In this document: positions 61,601-64,000 of the stretch, in pieces
Layout of the letters: each line of letters begins with the position of its first letter
Position numbering within the stretch: the first letter of the stretch is position 1
Translations under genes and position numbers: made by a program
The notes under the pieces: model-generated
Databases searched by the model: none
What the model saw: the letters and a program-made list of their open reading frames with translations, nothing else
Told to the model about the DNA's origin: nothing
Origin: Eledone cirrhosa
Taxonomy: Eukaryota
Length of the DNA: 64,000 nucleotides
Reading direction: 5' to 3'
Assembly (NCBI GenBank): GCA_964016885.1
Contig: OZ024743.1
Coordinates: 193,068,001 to 193,132,000 of the forward strand

Positions 61601-63521
61601 TTGGATGGCATGATGGACAGCATCACTGGTCTCTGAGCGCTAAACAGTTGGTTGTCAACCTGAAAAAAATCAAAACATCAACAGAATTATATAGTTTTGT
61701 TTTATACTTTTTCTAGTATCAGTCAAACAATGGCCATGCTAGGGCACTGACTGTCTGAAAGGGTTTCAGTCAATCATATCAACCCTAATACATATTTTTA
61801 GAAGTCTGGTACTTATTCTAGATGAAAAGAAAGCAACGGGAAATGGTAGAGTCATCATTATCACTGATATCATCATCATCATCAATATGGTGTTTTTAAA
61901 TCCACTTTTCCCTGCTGGAATGGGTTGAATGGGGTGTTTTGAAACAATGTCTTATAGTTGGTTACTTTTCCTGATGCCAACCTTTTCAGTCGTCTCTTAT
62001 GATATGCAAGGATACAGTGTATCTATTCTAAAAACCAGGATACATACAGTATATTATAGAATGTTATAATTAATTGAAGAAAGCATGAGCCTACTGACAT
62101 TACTGACCTGCACATTACCAATACTTGTGTCCATTATCAGTAAACCATTTTTACTGGTGCATCGTATCACAATGTTCCATATAACAATGTAAACAAGTTC
62201 CTCAGGCACCCGGTTCACAAGAGATATCCCTACCCCTTTTGGCAATGAAAGCAGACCATAGATAACAAGCTGAAAGTTTTAAAAGAAGAGAAAAAAAGAG
62301 CAATAAAAAATTAGACAAAAACTACATTTCTTTTTAGTAAATAAACTTTTGTAGAATTAATGATTGATGTTACAATCTTAAAACAAAACATTACATGCTC
62401 AATTAGACTGAAAACATGCACAAGAATCAAAATAAATAGTCTAAAATCAATATTAAGATTCTATTTTAAAATATGGATTCATATTAACTTAAATCATCAT
62501 TTATGCCCCCACCCAATATAATTCTTGATGGCATCATATGGGTGCTGTAGAGACATATGACATGCCTTAGGCATTTTTAAAATCAAGTTAAGCCTATTCC
62601 TTTCCTGGTCTGAACACAGCAGATTCTTTTCAGAGAAGAAGAGAGCGTAATAGAGAGGATGTGAGAAAAAGATATATAGGAAGAATCGAGCCCAATACTC
62701 AACTTATACTTTTTATCATTATTTTTTTCTTTTAAATCAATCTTGAAAGAATGAAAGGCAAATTGATCTCAGTGGGATTTGAACTCAGAACACAGAGAGC
62801 CAGAACAAAAATTACAAAGCATTGTGTCCAACGTGCTAATTAGATCACCTAGGTAACAGAAGCTATCAACCACTTCTATGAATCCTTCATGTGGTTGGAA
62901 AAGGCTTATATCACTGATACTCTTACTATCGATTACCTGTAGTCATATCAGGAAGGGCATCCAGCCAAGAGAATACTTCCTCAAAATGCTTCATCCAACC
63001 CATACCAGCATGGAAAAATGAATGCAAAATTGATGGATGATGATACAGGTGTAGATAGTTCCTCTGTAATCTTTTAGGATTCAAACTGGCTAAATTTGTC
63101 AGTCTTTAAAGCATTGCTATTTGTTCTAAACAACCATATTGAGCTGTATAGATATTACTTTTGGTAGCAGAAATCCCACATTTACCTAATAAACAAGAAT
63201 TGACACTTTTATCAATCCTGTTATTTGATCATTTTATATAATTACATCATCATATCAAATACCATTGACAGTCAAAATTAATTCCCACCAATGTACGATT
63301 TTTATTTGTGAAAGTTAACAAAAGAGAACAACAAAATGGTATTATAACTGAAATATCATATTGAAAGTAATAAAAATAAAAGTATAAAATAAACCACTAC
63401 TAACTTTGTTCTTCTGTTGTTCCTTGTCTTCATTATCATGGTTGTGTTTCAAGCTTGTTGAATGATTGACAGAATCTCTCAAATTCCAATCTTCAAAGCT
63501 GGAATCACTGAAAGCCGTGTG
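45562..63521 (-). CDS. VPS13D: VPS13D-like lipid transfer protein, 3' part (12 coding exons); the gene continues beyond the window end
   Basis: Phase-compatible GT-AG exons give GVGISLVNRVPEEL, QVDNQL, SQAAKILGSIDFLGNPLGLFND, GLVGTVIKPVTGVLDFA and terminal VSQQILYA, matching the VPS13 C-terminal region and most like the D paralogue. Confidence 0.9.
46638..46726 (-). CDS. VPS13D: VPS13D exon (DNYYVKFVKK...YIRCDSFAIAQR)
   Basis: tttgtag| acceptor, |gtaagt donor; 89 nt. Confidence 0.88.
47880..48046 (-). CDS. VPS13D: VPS13D exon (FIAWEQVRKE...ALITNKKVYFL...CMPVSK)
   Basis: ttttcag| acceptor, |gtatgt donor; 167 nt; phases fit both neighbours. Confidence 0.88.
48920..49170 (-). CDS. VPS13D: VPS13D exon (GFFTGLSKGLVGTVIKPVTGVLDFA...RIREPRCC...HFDE)
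   Basis: ttcaag| acceptor, |gtaagt donor; 251 nt. Confidence 0.94.
49452..49661 (-). CDS. VPS13D: VPS13D exon (VTSSLSDGL...TYEGTRDDGFG)
   Basis: tatag| acceptor, |gtaagt donor; 210 nt. Confidence 0.94.
50455..50622 (-). CDS. VPS13D: VPS13D exon (ELKSQAAKILGSIDFLGNPLG...SNSTAK)
   Basis: ttacag| acceptor, |gtaagg donor; 168 nt. Confidence 0.95.
51020..51239 (-). mobile_element. piggyBac-type MITE family A, copy 5
   Basis: TTAA flanks; closely matches 18951-19169. Confidence 0.85.
51538..51611 (-). CDS. VPS13D: VPS13D exon (AYIRQHVFETSTFLINEIKSHYTD)
   Basis: tttcag| acceptor, |gtaaga donor; 74 nt. Confidence 0.92.
51880..52067 (-). CDS. VPS13D: VPS13D exon (PVLQAAASPPHNKRYFFG...ISFEDATVDL)
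   Basis: ttgcag| acceptor, |gtcagt donor; 188 nt. Confidence 0.92.
52340..52512 (-). mobile_element. Hammerhead-carrying dispersed repeat, copy 2 (hammerhead motif 52412-52448)
   Basis: - strand UCUU-CUGAUGA-A-GGAC(UAGC)GUCC-G-GAAACGUU-AAGA; homologous to 12346-12553. Confidence 0.75.
52650..53140 (+). mobile_element. Decayed RTE-type RT fragment (another family)
   Basis: KFWQTICRLR, KWREYFADLL, EQCGF.PG.STADQIF and CFVGLEKAYD remnants. Confidence 0.68.
53925..54277. mobile_element. Non-autonomous DNA element with a 10 bp TIR
   Basis: TA-ctctcgggtc ... gacccgagag-CA. Confidence 0.55.
55695..56300 (-). mobile_element. Decayed RTE 3' fragment
   Basis: GWKMFMEQLPL, RNEASMI.W, EKLGIR and GHV remnants, plus tail. 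Confidence 0.65.
56320..57140 (+). mobile_element. Cluster of ~4 degenerate head-to-tail SINE copies
   Basis: Repeated gagttcaaatc...catccttc..gataaaataa.gtac motifs. Confidence 0.72.
57303..57553. mobile_element. piggyBac-type MITE family B (relatives near 16478-16684, 47378 and 60900)
   Basis: TTAA-ccctttt...aaaaggg-TTAA; shared internal ctgaaactgcc.ctg motif. Confidence 0.72.
58405..58538 (-). CDS. VPS13D: VPS13D exon (HLIISVRKVKLHLEEMLLLKLLQF...SQR)
   Basis: ttttcag| acceptor, |gtaaga donor; 134 nt. Confidence 0.9.
58750..60500 (-). mobile_element. Penelope-like element, 5'-truncated and lacking the RT core, in a VPS13D intron, sense
   Basis: N-terminal LTNDELELLCLGPKF; thumb LDYKSALP..K..NGYP; Cys linker CSLRNCP..CC; GIY-YIG IVYRVECDKCNHYYIGST..LHIRIKEH..IKEALWIK..PQIN; downstream region with hammerhead-like motifs. 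Confidence 0.85.
58754..58806 (-). ncRNA. Degenerate type I hammerhead ribozyme downstream of the Penelope-like ORF
   Basis: - strand GAGUUU-CAGAAGA-U-CCC(GUUAA)GGG-U-GAAAGCAG(CGAUUCU)UUGCU-U-AAACUU. Stems I, II and III all pair; core U4 is A and the stem II closing pair is non-canonical. Confidence 0.65.
61519..61659 (-). CDS. VPS13D: VPS13D exon (VDNQLFSAQRPVML...NVEIFK)
   Basis: ttttcag| acceptor, |gtttgt donor; 141 nt. Confidence 0.92.
62108..62269 (-). CDS. VPS13D: VPS13D exon (LVIYGLLSLPKGVGISLVNRVPEEL...IGNVQ)
   Basis: cag| acceptor, |gtcagt donor; 162 nt. Confidence 0.92.
63405..63521 (-). CDS. VPS13D: VPS13D exon (HTAFSDSSFEDW...QQKNK)
   Basis: Acceptor tttgtag|, donor |gttagt; 117 nt open frame; poorly conserved linker. 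Confidence 0.72.
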
Positions 63522-64000
63522 CTACAAAGAATAAAAAAACAGGAAACGATGATAGTAAAAATAATGTAATACCAAAAAGGTAACAGAGTATTGATGGCAT
63601 TGGGATACACATGGATATCTTATACAATATGAGAATATGATGGAAGAGCTAGCAAAGAAGCTTCTATGATTCATTCAAATCATTGATGTGGCAGCCAAAT
63701 CCGCACCCCCACCCATCACTTTCTGTGCAAGATTGTGAGAAAAATATGACTATAACGACAAGCTCAACATTCTTACTATTGCGTGTAAATACGAAGGTGA
63801 AGATAAACATTTTAATGGTAGCATTTCAACTACACAACTGACCCTAGACATCTTACATCTGCCCAGTCTACAACAGACTAAAACATGCATAAATTAAAGG
63901 TAGCCACAGTATCTAAAGATAGCAGTAATTCAATACCAGTCAACTAACTATAGAGACATACATGATAGATAGAATCCAAATCAAATAGCATCGTAGAAAG

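Noticed and set aside
63857-63877. Possible 21 nt VPS13D microexon on the - strand (ttttag|SVVDWAD|gtaaga)
   Set aside because: Splice signals fit and the frame is preserved, but the peptide has no recognisable VPS13D similarity; it needs RNA evidence.

Overview
AT-rich, repeat-dense animal genomic DNA. The repeat families suggest a coleoid cephalopod such as Octopus, but that is inference. Two intron-rich genes lie tail-to-tail: a complete 9-exon pyruvate dehydrogenase E1-alpha gene (PDHA1-like, + strand, 6608-34385, 387 aa) and the last 12 coding exons of a VPS13D-like gene (- strand, 63521-45562). Introns and intergenic DNA hold decayed mobile elements: a CRE-like and HERO-like RLE retrotransposons, several RTE LINEs with a PHD-like finger inserted in the RT, a near full-length hAT transposon with a second hAT-family fragment inside it, piggyBac-type and Tc1/pogo-type MITEs, tRNA-type SINEs, minisatellites, and an RT-deleted Penelope-like element. 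The most unusual signal is a set of hammerhead-ribozyme motifs. A ~170-210 bp dispersed repeat carries a minimal type I hammerhead (12418-12453 and 52412-52448), and one or two degenerate hammerheads lie downstream of the Penelope-like ORF. The copy antisense to its host gene has an intact core, while the copies sense to VPS13D carry core lesions. All calls were made by eye with no database searches.
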